Shown here one piece after another: positions 37,177 through 46,721 of a DNA stretch of 64,000 bases. The notes under the pieces are model-generated. The model made no database searches. It was not told the origin of the DNA and was given only the letters and a program-made list of their open reading frames with translations. Source of the DNA: a bacterium (GTDB lineage Bacteria > Vulcanimicrobiota > JABDET01); assembly GCA_021817145.1 (NCBI GenBank), contig JAKAVV010000001.1, positions 151,279 through 215,278 of the forward strand, in the 5' to 3' direction. The first letter of the stretch is position 1; the number at the start of each line of letters is the position of its first letter. Position numbers and translations under genes: made by a program.

Positions 37177-39864
37177 ATGAAAAAGGGATATATAAAAAAA
37201 ATATTGATGGCGCTTGTTTTAGGAATCTTTTTGATTCAGCCGATCTTTGCCCAGGTTTTTCTTCCTGCTCCACCTGCTACTTTTGGGCTTCCAATCCCGA
37301 ATTATGGAGTTCCTTCCAATCAGGCGATTCATGGACAGTGGAATGAAACCTCTATTATTAATGGAATTATTGCAGCCATTCTTGCCAATAACCCCAATGT
37401 TTCGATGAATGCTTCTTTTAATGTGAATACCATTACTGGAAATTCAGGGATTCTGGATCCTTATGGACCTCTGCAGAATGGTTTTTATCTTAACTCTCTG
37501 GATTTTGAGTCTCTTTTAGGAGCAAAAACAACCCTTTTTGCTCATTTGAGAAATCAGGATGATTTTAACAGGGCAGCGTACCTTAATATTCAGGATGGGC
37601 ATTTAAAAGAAGGGTTCAGATATACTGAGCTCATTGATAGAAAAGTTCCTGAAGACATCATTCCAAATACTAGCGGTATTGATGTTACGCCCTGGTTTGG
37701 GTTCCCTGATGCAGCAAAAGCTCCTCAGTTAGCCAGTGTGACCACCTTAAATTATGGCGCTGGGTTTAATCCGAATCAGTATTTTTATCCGATCATTGAT
37801 AATTTCTTTGTGAATGATCTGCAGTACACCTATAATAATGGATTGAGTTTTTTTGCCACAGATTGGTTGAGAAGCCAGACAGGTCAGCAGTTCCTCAGCA
37901 TTTCTACAACAAACAATTTGAATGAGTTTAATAATGGAAGAGATAACAATCTTTCTGTGATTACAGAAGGTGCTGCTTATACCAGTGCAGGAAACGACCA
38001 GTTTTATGCTGCGACAACTGCTCGGAGCTGGAATAATCAAGATCAGCTCAATAAGCAGGTTGTTAGTTTGGCTGCTGAAGGGGGAAACCCAGATCCAACC
38101 GGAAATCTCATTTATACTGATACCCGCTGGTCTATCAATCAAGCAGGTCTCCATATTCCTCTCAATCGTTCTATTTCTTTCCATGGAACCTGGAAAAGAT
38201 GGGATAAAATCTCAGATGGAGTTTTTGGAACTGGGTTTAATTCTATCCTAGGTCCAACCATCGCAGGGTTTACCAATGCGACTAATACTCCTACGAATTT
38301 ACAGCCTGGAATGGATGTGAATCAATATCGGGCAGGATTTACTTTTGCTCTTGACCCTAATGATGCCCTCTTTTTTGATGTCGGTCATTGGGAAGAGATT
38401 CCAAATCAAGGGGTAGAAGCTCAAACTCTGCAGAACAGGAATAATGCGGATTTATTTTTCCGCCACACTTTTGGCAATCAATCTTTAAGTCTTTATGGAG
38501 CATGGGAACAGGATCATTATGACAGAACTGTGGATTATCGAGATATTCGTTACTGGACCGCTTTTAACCCATTAGTCAATACCACTTTTGGAATGGGAAC
38601 TGATGGCAGCGCCACATTTTATGAAAATAGCACAGGTGGGCTCCCTTATATTGTGTTTACCCCTGCCCCTGGGAGCGGGCTTTCCCCTTTTACACAGCCT
38701 GTTGCTAATATTCCATGCGTTCCAGGGGTTATTGCGGATCAGTGTGGAACCAACAGCATTACTTATCCTGTTGATGGGTTTGTGAACATTACTCCTGCTG
38801 AAGGGAAACTATATGGCCTTATTCCTGGAACTTATCCTGTGGCAGGTCTTGTTGGAAGGGAATCGGTTGCCTTTGATACTTATGTTGGGCAGCTTCTGTT
38901 AAATGGACCCATTGTTCGACATCTGAACTACAGCTTTAAACTTGCAAAAACCATGGCAAATGGATCTCTTTTTAGAACAGATCCACAGGATCAGTGGAAT
39001 GGAAATCTCCATTTAGATTGGACCCCTACGAATAATCTGACTTTAGGGGCGGGATATCGCTTAGTGGATAATAAAAGCAATAATTCAGTCTGGATCTATC
39101 CTTTCCAGTACCGCTCCAATACATTAGATTTTACCGCGAATTATGCGGTTGCCAGAAAGGTTTCTTTATCTGCTTCTTACTGGAATTACATCCAGAACAT
39201 TTATTTCACATCCCCTGTTTTAAACACAGGAACTCAAAACTTTATTGAACCGCCAACCTTTGGGGCGACAGGTCCTGTTCCAGGGTTTGGGAATCTTCTG
39301 GATACATTCCTTTTCACCCCATTTTATCAGTATTATGCTTCCCCACTCAATACTGTGAATGATTCATTAAGCAATTCAGATCAAGAGATCATGTTTGGGA
39401 TTAATTTTGATTTAAATAAAAATTGGCATGTCAGCGCTAATTACGATCATTCAGAACCCAGATCGTTCCAGAATGTTTATATGGCAAATCCGGTTTTTTA
39501 TGATTTAGGTCCTTTTACTGCTCCAACAGGACCCAATGTTCCTGATGGGTTTGTTTCTTCAGAACCTGTGCTGGACAATATGCAGGCAGTGAATGGAAGA
39601 GAAAATATCTGGTCCTTGAATTTTTCCAGAGAACTTCCAGGTCATGCCAGTCTTGGAATCAGCGGAGCCTACATGGTCTTTAGAAACCTGGCTCCAAGAA
39701 TTACGGGGGTCAGTCTGCCTTTAGGCTGCACTTCAACTGTCCCTCCAGGATATGGATGCGGAGCCCCTGTTCCAGGGTATGGAACCAATGTTTTTGAATA
39801 TGGTCAAAGTTTGGATGATGGATCTATCTTTTCCACTGCCATTACTTACAGTAAGAGTTTTTAA
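37177..39864 (+). CDS. Outer-membrane beta-barrel, MtrB/PioB-like porin partner
   Basis: Signal peptide, N/Y/F/G-rich amphipathic strands, C-terminal YSKSF; 12 nt after the decaheme gene with an AAGGAGG RBS. Confidence 0.75.
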   Translation: MKKGYIKKILMALVLGIFLIQPIFAQVFLPAPPATFGLPIPNYGVPSNQAIHGQWNETSIINGIIAAILANNPNVSMNASFNVNTITGNSGILDPYGPLQNGFYLNSLDFESLLGAKTTLFAHLRNQDDFNRAAYLNIQDGHLKEGFRYTELIDRKVPEDIIPNTSGIDVTPWFGFPDAAKAPQLASVTTLNYGAGFNPNQYFYPIIDNFFVNDLQYTYNNGLSFFATDWLRSQTGQQFLSISTTNNLNEFNNGRDNNLSVITEGAAYTSAGNDQFYAATTARSWNNQDQLNKQVVSLAAEGGNPDPTGNLIYTDTRWSINQAGLHIPLNRSISFHGTWKRWDKISDGVFGTGFNSILGPTIAGFTNATNTPTNLQPGMDVNQYRAGFTFALDPNDALFFDVGHWEEIPNQGVEAQTLQNRNNADLFFRHTFGNQSLSLYGAWEQDHYDRTVDYRDIRYWTAFNPLVNTTFGMGTDGSATFYENSTGGLPYIVFTPAPGSGLSPFTQPVANIPCVPGVIADQCGTNSITYPVDGFVNITPAEGKLYGLIPGTYPVAGLVGRESVAFDTYVGQLLLNGPIVRHLNYSFKLAKTMANGSLFRTDPQDQWNGNLHLDWTPTNNLTLGAGYRLVDNKSNNSVWIYPFQYRSNTLDFTANYAVARKVSLSASYWNYIQNIYFTSPVLNTGTQNFIEPPTFGATGPVPGFGNLLDTFLFTPFYQYYASPLNTVNDSLSNSDQEIMFGINFDLNKNWHVSANYDHSEPRSFQNVYMANPVFYDLGPFTAPTGPNVPDGFVSSEPVLDNMQAVNGRENIWSLNFSRELPGHASLGISGAYMVFRNLAPRITGVSLPLGCTSTVPPGYGCGAPVPGYGTNVFEYGQSLDDGSIFSTAITYSKSF

Positions 39865-39889
39865 TTCAGAAATCTGTCTCGATTGATAA

Positions 39890-39927
39890 AAGAGGCTGAA
39901 AGGGGAACAAACTCCTTTCAGCCTCTT
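39890..39927. terminator. Hairpin terminator between convergent genes
   Basis: AAGAGGCTGAAAGGGG-aacaaa-CTCCTTTCAGCCTCTT inverted repeat. Confidence 0.75.
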
Positions 39928-39971
39928 CCTTTGATACCTCTGAAAAATCATTTTAAAAGGATAGAGATCTT

Positions 39972-41159
39972 TTAAGTTGTTTCAGTTAAATGAATTCCTC
40001 TTTTAGAAAGTTCTTTTACAAACAAACCCCCAGGGACCCCTTTTTCTAGCGAAATGACCCCTTTTTCGATTCCCCCTTTTGCCAGCATAATTGCCACAAT
40101 AGAAGCGGGAAATCCTGTGGTTCTTTCCATTGCCGAAAAACCTGTTTTTGGATCCTGAAAATCGAGGATGTCAAGTTGAATTTCAGCGGGTCTTCGGTTT
40201 TTTTCCCCTTTTGCAGTGACTCTGAGAACAACCAGATCCGGATCTTCAGGAAAGCTCATGGCAGGGGCTGCCATACGGCAGAAAAAATCTCTCGGAGATA
40301 CCTTTACGGTTTCTATTTTTCTTTCGTGAAGAGCGGCTTTTATTTCGATCGGTTCTGGATCAAAGAACCCGAGGTCAAAAAAGAGTTTCATTTTTTCATA
40401 ATGTCCTGGATATCGAACTGTTTTATAATCATAAGACTGGAGTTTCCCTTCGAAACTCCAGGGGCAGGTAGAGGTTCCTCCTGTTGTGACAAAAGCTTCG
40501 CAGTTTCCAACTGGAGTAGGGAATTCAAGAGTTTCTACTTCTGAGAAAGCGGGGATTTCCATGATTTTTTCATTTCTTAGAATAGTGGCTTTCCCAGAAT
40601 ACTCATTGATCAGCCCTTCCATACTGAAAACGAGTTTATAGTAAAAAGGAGGTTTTGGATTTTGGGGAAGCCCGCCGCAGCGGATCTTGATTTCGCTGCA
40701 GAGGTCCAGTTTTTCCATGGCATAAACTGCCAGGGTATTCCCCATTCCAGGGGCTAATCCGCAGTCAGGAACAATGCTGACTCCTGCTTTTTGAGCTTGA
40801 TCATGAAGTTCATGCTGCTTAAACACAATCTGAGTATTTCCCCCTAGATCACAGAGATTGGCTTTTACCTGGATCGCGGCTTTTGTAACCGTGGGATTAA
40901 AATAGTATGGGACTGCGCTTAAAACCGCATCACAGCCTGATAATGCACGAGTCAGCTCTTCGAAGCTAGTGACATCTACCTGCAGCGGATGAACTAAATC
41001 TTTTCCTGTCAGATGATTGACTTTTTGCGCGGATTTTTCAGCTTGAGACAAATTGATGTCTAAAAGCAGTATTTGTGAGGCTTCTCCAAATAAAGCCATA
41101 TCGTACGCAGCAGCTGTTCCCTGCTGCCCCGCTCCTAAAATTGCGTAGTTGTACTTCAT
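39972..41159 (-). CDS. Saccharopine dehydrogenase / lysine 6-dehydrogenase family
   Basis: GAGQQG Rossmann motif, DLGGN, DCGLAPG, KTVRYPGH and AMERTTG. Confidence 0.9.
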   Translation of the reverse strand: MKYNYAILGAGQQGTAAAYDMALFGEASQILLLDINLSQAEKSAQKVNHLTGKDLVHPLQVDVTSFEELTRALSGCDAVLSAVPYYFNPTVTKAAIQVKANLCDLGGNTQIVFKQHELHDQAQKAGVSIVPDCGLAPGMGNTLAVYAMEKLDLCSEIKIRCGGLPQNPKPPFYYKLVFSMEGLINEYSGKATILRNEKIMEIPAFSEVETLEFPTPVGNCEAFVTTGGTSTCPWSFEGKLQSYDYKTVRYPGHYEKMKLFFDLGFFDPEPIEIKAALHERKIETVKVSPRDFFCRMAAPAMSFPEDPDLVVLRVTAKGEKNRRPAEIQLDILDFQDPKTGFSAMERTTGFPASIVAIMLAKGGIEKGVISLEKGVPGGLFVKELSKRGIHLTETT

Positions 41160-41211
41160 TTTTTCCTCCTTGTACAGGGGATTGGATTAGTAAATTAAGA
41201 CCCTGCTGTTT

Positions 41212-42141
41212 TCATGGTATTCTCCTGAACACTGTAAAATCCAATAAAAATTTTATCCCTAGAATCAGCAGGCCAATTGCTGCAAAGTACCAGGTTATAT
41301 CTTGATATTTTTTTATGATCTTTATTTTTCTGCTCAATTCTGAAAGAGCTTTTTTAAGGGAGACAACACTGCTGACTTTATAATATTTTCCACCTGAGAG
41401 TTCAGCAATGGCTTTCAGTGTTTTTTGTTCAAGATAAACTTTGATCGGAAATCCGGGCAGATAAGCTCCGCTTTTTGTTCCAACTCCAATCGTATAAATT
41501 CTGATCCCTTGGGCTTTTGCCGCTTTTGCCGCAAGAATTGGACTGCTTCCCGAATTGTTCCCTCCATCGCTGAAAAGAAGGATCACTTTATGGGCGCTCG
41601 GATATCCATCCAAAAGGCTCATGGCTCCGAAAATAGCGTCTCCGATCGCTGTTCCCCCTAAATGAGCATGGACATGTGAAATAGCTGAAAAAATCTTTTT
41701 CTTGTTGGTGGTTGGATTCAGCCGAACCAGCGGGAAAGTAGAGAAAGTGATAATTCCAATAGGATAGGATCCTTTTTCATGTTTAACAAACTCTTTTGCC
41801 GCTTGTTTTGCTGCTCCAATTCGGGAAGGAAAAAGATCCGCTGCCATCATGGAACCAGAAGTGTCAAAAAGAATGGCAATCGCGATTTGATTCGTAGGGA
41901 GAGGAAGAACAGCTTCTGGTCGGGCAAGAGCTAAAATGAGAATAAAAAGCAGGAGAAGTTCCAGAATAAAAGATCCATGTCTTCTCCAGGACTTTACCTC
42001 TGCTCCAATCTGTTTTAACGTTTCAATACTGGAAAAGTTTAATGTTTCCTGATTCTGTTTTTTTCTGTAATACCAATATAAAAGAAGCGCAGAAGGAAGA
42101 AGGAGGAGCAGAAAAAGAAATCCAGGGGCTTTGAAGTTCAT
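41212..42141 (-). CDS. VWA-domain membrane protein (BatA-like)
   Basis: LALARP, DTSGSM MIDAS motif, GTAIGDAI and SDG. Confidence 0.9.
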   Translation of the reverse strand: MNFKAPGFLFLLLLLPSALLLYWYYRKKQNQETLNFSSIETLKQIGAEVKSWRRHGSFILELLLLFILILALARPEAVLPLPTNQIAIAILFDTSGSMMAADLFPSRIGAAKQAAKEFVKHEKGSYPIGIITFSTFPLVRLNPTTNKKKIFSAISHVHAHLGGTAIGDAIFGAMSLLDGYPSAHKVILLFSDGGNNSGSSPILAAKAAKAQGIRIYTIGVGTKSGAYLPGFPIKVYLEQKTLKAIAELSGGKYYKVSSVVSLKKALSELSRKIKIIKKYQDITWYFAAIGLLILGIKFLLDFTVFRRIP

Positions 42142-43007
42142 CTGGTTTTAGAAAGTTGGTTGAGAAAATGAAGGAAGGAGTCTAGAGGAGGGATATTCGT
42201 TGAGAAAAAAGCCGGATGGATCCCTAGACGCAGAAAGTTCAATTCTAAATTTTGATAGAAACTGACTCTTTTTTTTTGGTACTCTTCTCTAATTTTCTGC
42301 GAGCTGGTCTCTAAAAAAAAGGGCTCGCCTGTTTCCAAATCTCGTATCAGAACTCTTCCTGAATGAGGAAGTTCCCATTCCACTGGGTCTGTGAGAATGA
42401 GCGGGAAAATTTCATGTTTTTTTGATAAAATCTTTAACTGCCCTTGTGGAAGAGGATCCTGGAAATCAGAAAGAAGAAAAAGGTACCCTTTTCTTTTTAG
42501 AAGATGCTGAAGAAAAGTAAGAGCTTGTTCCAAACTGCTTAAACCGGGTTTTGGGCGCTCTAGAATCTTTAAATTTCTTTGAATGTGATCTCCTCCTTTT
42601 GCTGGCGGGGAAAAAAGCAGCCCTGTTTTTCCATAAGCCATTACACCAAATTGATCCTGATGACTGGAAGCTAAAAGGGCTAAAAGAGAAGCGGTTTCAA
42701 GCCCTAAAACCTCTTTTGTTTTTCCTTTTGTTCCAAAATTCATGGAAGGGGATTTGTCCAGGACAGCCATATAAGTCAGTTCCCGTTCTTCTATTAGTTC
42801 TTTTACATAAGCGGTTCCCATTCGGGCTGTTACGTTCCAATCAATCTGGCGGATATCATCCCCCCATTGATAGGGGCGAACCTCTTTTAATTCCACCCCC
42901 TGCCCTTGAAAAAGGCTTTTGTACTCCCCTGTCAAGAGTCCTTCTGTCAGTTTCGAGCTTTTTATTTTTAATCGTTTGAGAAGAGGTAAAGAGGAAGAAG
43001 GGTTCAT
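42138..43007 (-). CDS. DUF58-family protein
   Basis: VRPYQWGDDIRQIDWNVTAR, EERE and SDF. Confidence 0.92.
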   Translation of the reverse strand: MNPSSSLPLLKRLKIKSSKLTEGLLTGEYKSLFQGQGVELKEVRPYQWGDDIRQIDWNVTARMGTAYVKELIEERELTYMAVLDKSPSMNFGTKGKTKEVLGLETASLLALLASSHQDQFGVMAYGKTGLLFSPPAKGGDHIQRNLKILERPKPGLSSLEQALTFLQHLLKRKGYLFLLSDFQDPLPQGQLKILSKKHEIFPLILTDPVEWELPHSGRVLIRDLETGEPFFLETSSQKIREEYQKKRVSFYQNLELNFLRLGIHPAFFSTNIPPLDSFLHFLNQLSKTR

Positions 43008-43972
43008 GGGACAGGGACGCTCTGCAGAATACTGGAAATTAAAGTGTCTGTTCTGACCTCTTCTGCAAGGGCTTCGTACGATAAAAGGATCCGATGGCGA
43101 AGCACATCAGGAGCAATCTCTTTAATATCTTCAGGGAGAACGTAATCTCTTTTTTTTAAGTAGGCTTCTGCTTTTGAGGCAAGTGCTAAATACAAGGTTC
43201 CTCTTGGACTGGCTCCATAGTGGATCCAGTTCTTAAAATTTAAACCGAATAAAGAGGGGTTTCTTGTGGCTTGAACCAGATCCGCAATATACCCTTTTAA
43301 TTTGGGTTCAAGGTGAATGTTTCTGACTTTTTTCTGGGCTTCCAAGATCAGCTCAGAATTAGATACTGCTGAAACAGAAGGGGTTTCTAAAGATGCCATT
43401 CGATCCAGAATGATCATCTCTTCTTCTTTAGAAGGATAAGTGATCACAAGTTTCAGCATGAATCGGTCCACTTGAGCTTCTGGAAGTGGATAAGTTCCTT
43501 CTGTTTCAATGGGGTTCTGGGTTGCCATCACAAAAAAAGGGGAGGGGAGAGGATGAGTTTCTCCTCCAATGGTTACCTGTTTTTCCTGCATTGCTTCTAA
43601 AAGAGCGCTTTGGACTTTTGCAGGGGCTCTATTGATTTCATCAGCTAGGACTAGATTGGCGAAAACAGGTCCTTGAACAGTTTCGAATGTTCCATTTCGA
43701 TTATTGTAAATTTTTGTTCCAATTAAATCCGCGGGAAGGAGGTCAGGGGTAAATTGAATTCTTTTAAAGGAGGTTCCTAAGACTTCTGTTAAAGTGCGGA
43801 GAGTTAACGTTTTAGCAAGACCTGGGACCCCTTCTAATAAAACATGTCCATCAGCCAAGAGAGCAGTCAAGAGCCTTTTCAACAAGAGTTCCTGCCCAAC
43901 AATGACTTTTCGCAGTTGAACTAAGATTTCATCAAGGAAAGCAGAGCTTTTTTCTAATTGTTCATTTGGCAT
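43004..43972 (-). CDS. moxR: MoxR-family AAA+ ATPase
   Basis: EGVPGLAKT, RIQFTPDLLP, DEINRAPAKVQSALLEAM and GTYPLPEAQ. Confidence 0.95.
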   Translation of the reverse strand: MPNEQLEKSSAFLDEILVQLRKVIVGQELLLKRLLTALLADGHVLLEGVPGLAKTLTLRTLTEVLGTSFKRIQFTPDLLPADLIGTKIYNNRNGTFETVQGPVFANLVLADEINRAPAKVQSALLEAMQEKQVTIGGETHPLPSPFFVMATQNPIETEGTYPLPEAQVDRFMLKLVITYPSKEEEMIILDRMASLETPSVSAVSNSELILEAQKKVRNIHLEPKLKGYIADLVQATRNPSLFGLNFKNWIHYGASPRGTLYLALASKAEAYLKKRDYVLPEDIKEIAPDVLRHRILLSYEALAEEVRTDTLISSILQSVPVP

Positions 43973-44447
43973 TGGTTTTCCTTACTGCTTCAACAGGGTT
44001 TTCTAAAATCTTTTGGAAAGTCGCAAAAAGGAGCTGCCATGCTTCTTCCGCTTTTTCTTGTTTAGCGAATTTAACCTGATCCGCTTCCTGCAGCAGGAGA
44101 GCGATCTCCTGGATCTCTTCTTGTGAAGCAGCGAGGTTTAATTTTTGAAGTGTTTCTGTTGTTGTTAGAAAAGAAGCTTCTAAATGGTATCGTTTTTGGA
44201 CATAACTATCCACCAAATTCGAGAAGCGAGCCATGGCTTCTTTCGGCTGTTCAATATGAAAAGGACCTTCTAAAAAACTCAGCTCTTTCAAGACCTCTTC
44301 TTTCCAGGGAAGAGAAGGCTGGGATAGGACAGAGTTAATCACCCGGTTTTCCTTTTTTGCGCTGCTCCAAAAAAGAACCGCATAGACGAGTGTTGTTAAA
44401 GTGATGCAAAACCATAATACCTCCTCTGCTGGATAAAAGTTTACCAT
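43962..44447 (-). CDS. Membrane-anchored MoxR-cluster accessory protein
   Basis: N-terminal TM; LTTTE and ADQVKFAK motifs typical of Bat/MoxR-cluster accessory proteins. Confidence 0.7.
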   Translation of the reverse strand: MVNFYPAEEVLWFCITLTTLVYAVLFWSSAKKENRVINSVLSQPSLPWKEEVLKELSFLEGPFHIEQPKEAMARFSNLVDSYVQKRYHLEASFLTTTETLQKLNLAASQEEIQEIALLLQEADQVKFAKQEKAEEAWQLLFATFQKILENPVEAVRKTNAK

Positions 44448-44520
44448 TTTATCTCAAGATACACAGATATCCCTTCTCATTGGAAGCCAACAATATAAGG
44501 ATTGACATGGAAGCCAGTCC

Positions 44521-45936
44521 TTATTTGGTGTGTGTATAGAAAACCACAAATCGATCAAATCCCTGATGATCCACAAGAAGAAGGGTTGGACCAGAGTGAG
44601 TTTTCAAGAGGCGTTTAAATTCTTCAACCGATTTAATGGGGATTCGATCTACTTGTTGAATAATATCCCCTGGAGTAATCCCTGCTTGCAGAGCTAAAGA
44701 ATTTGGATCCACTGCGACAACAAGCAGCCCTGAGCTGACCTGAAGGTTATCTTCCTGTTTTACAATAGGAGTAATGGTTTTCAAATGCATCCCCCAAAAA
44801 GAAGGAGTTTTAGTGGTTGAGGCAAGTACTTTTCCAGTAGGTCTTGCTCCAACAATCACAGGCAGATACAAGCTCTGTTTCCCTCGTAAAACTTCAACCA
44901 TAACTTTTGTTCCTGCTGGAGTATCCAGAGTTAAATCCAGAAGGGACTGTGGGGATGAAACTTTGTGCCCATTAAATTTTACAATTACATCCCCTTGTTT
45001 GATCCCTGCTTTTGCTGCAGGTCCATTAGGGGAAACCTGGGCAACAAGAACCCCTTTTTTAATCCCGAAATATTTTGCAAGAGAAGAGGTTAATGGTTCC
45101 ATATAAATTCCTAAGAAGCCATGTTCAACTTTCCCTTTTGTGATTAATTGATACAATTCATTTTTTGCGATATTGATTGGGATGGCAAATCCGATTCCAA
45201 CATCCCCTCCTGATGGGGTGGCAATTGCTGTATTCATCCCTATAATTTGTCCATTTATATTAACAAGGGCTCCTCCTGAATTTCCTGGATTAATCGGAGC
45301 ATCGGTTTGAATTAAATCATGATAAATGGCTTCCCCCTGTCCTTGAACAGAAATATTTCGATTGAGAGCTGAGATGACGCCAACTGTTACAGTGGAGTGA
45401 AATCCATAAGGATTTCCAATAGCAATTGCCCACTGTCCAACCTGGATATGATCTGAATTTCCTAATCTCCCTGATGGAAGAGGGTGATGGGGATTGATTT
45501 TGAGAATGGCTAAATCAGAGATGGGATCAACCCCTACCAGTTTTGCGTTTTTATAGGTTTTTCCACTGCTTAAGATAACCGAAATTTTGCTGGCATTCCG
45601 AATAACATGATCATTGGTTAAAATATACCCATCGCTTTTGATGATCATCCCGGAGCCAAGGCTGGTAAAATGTTCTCTGTATTGAGGGGTAAAGAATTGT
45701 TTAAAGAACTGCTGGAAAGGGGTCCCCTGGAACTGGTTTTGAAAAGGGGATGCCGCTGTATTGACTGTTCCCTGGGCGCTGATGTTGACTACAAGTGGGG
45801 TTACTTTTTTTACAACGTTTACAAATCCATCCTGGAATCGTTCCAGAAGAGATGCGCTGGATGGGCTTGTTCTAAAAGCCGCAAATAAAAGAGTCAGAAC
45901 AACAATGATATAAATAAATCGCTCATAACGAGCCAT
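44521..45936 (-). CDS. degP: HtrA/DegP serine protease with two PDZ domains
   Basis: LGSG, TNDHV, QTDAPINPGNSGG and two PDZ domains. Confidence 0.93.
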   Translation of the reverse strand: MARYERFIYIIVVLTLLFAAFRTSPSSASLLERFQDGFVNVVKKVTPLVVNISAQGTVNTAASPFQNQFQGTPFQQFFKQFFTPQYREHFTSLGSGMIIKSDGYILTNDHVIRNASKISVILSSGKTYKNAKLVGVDPISDLAILKINPHHPLPSGRLGNSDHIQVGQWAIAIGNPYGFHSTVTVGVISALNRNISVQGQGEAIYHDLIQTDAPINPGNSGGALVNINGQIIGMNTAIATPSGGDVGIGFAIPINIAKNELYQLITKGKVEHGFLGIYMEPLTSSLAKYFGIKKGVLVAQVSPNGPAAKAGIKQGDVIVKFNGHKVSSPQSLLDLTLDTPAGTKVMVEVLRGKQSLYLPVIVGARPTGKVLASTTKTPSFWGMHLKTITPIVKQEDNLQVSSGLLVVAVDPNSLALQAGITPGDIIQQVDRIPIKSVEEFKRLLKTHSGPTLLLVDHQGFDRFVVFYTHTK

Positions 45937-45984
45937 TTTAATTCACCTCCATCATTTGTGATAAATCATCATTTCCATTTTATT

Positions 45985-46497
45985 TCAACTATGAACTTGA
46001 ATTTCATTAACCACCTTTTTAACTCCTGCCACTTCTCTTGCCAGATGAGTGGCAAGAAGAGATTGTTCTTTATGAGATACCTTCCCTTTTAAAAGGACAG
46101 TTCCATTGTAGGTTTGAACATGCAGTTTCAATCCCGCAATTCCTTCTTCAGTCACAAGCCTTTCAAAAACAAGGGTTGTTATTTTTAGATCGCGAAACAA
46201 CTGAGTCGGGGTTCTGATGGTATGGGCTAAATGAATTTCATTTTTTACACTTTTCACTCCTCTCGCGCTTTTTGCGATTGAAACGATCCTTTTTTCTTCC
46301 TGATGATTAGCGCTGCCTGTCAGCCATACGATTCCATGTCTTGCTTTTACTTTTACGCTGAACAAAGCCAAAGGGTATGTTTTAGCCGTTCTACCCAGGA
46401 TTTCCGCTGTCACAGCAGCGTTTTTTACCCCTTTCCAATGGCTCCAAACCCAGTATCCAGCAGCAGCTAAAATTAAAAGTAAAATAATCTTTTTCAT
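45985..46497 (-). CDS. Dual BON-domain (OsmY-like) protein
   Basis: GIVWLTG...GVKSVKNEI and GTVLLKG...GVKKVVNEI. Confidence 0.88.
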   Translation of the reverse strand: MKKIILLLILAAAGYWVWSHWKGVKNAAVTAEILGRTAKTYPLALFSVKVKARHGIVWLTGSANHQEEKRIVSIAKSARGVKSVKNEIHLAHTIRTPTQLFRDLKITTLVFERLVTEEGIAGLKLHVQTYNGTVLLKGKVSHKEQSLLATHLAREVAGVKKVVNEIQVHS

Positions 46498-46556
46498 CGT
46501 ATAGAAAGAAAAGCGCTTTGAATAAAGAGATTCTCCACAATCGAGTTGTTTCCATT

Positions 46557-46608
46557 TTTTTAAGGATTCTTTTTAAGGATTTCGAATTGTCGAATTCGAA
46601 TTGTCGAA
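46557..46608. repeat. Two adjacent short tandem duplications in a divergent promoter region
   Basis: TTTTTAAGGATT twice (46557 and 46570), then TTCGAATTGTCGAA twice (46581 and 46595). Confidence 0.75.
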
Positions 46609-46721
46609 GAGGAAACAATTTGTTCATGATTTTCCCCTTGTTCCTTCCTTTTTTTAGAGGTATATTAAAGTTAAGATCCCATAAACAAAAATGTGGGGAA
46701 AAAGATTAAGGAGGAACGGTT

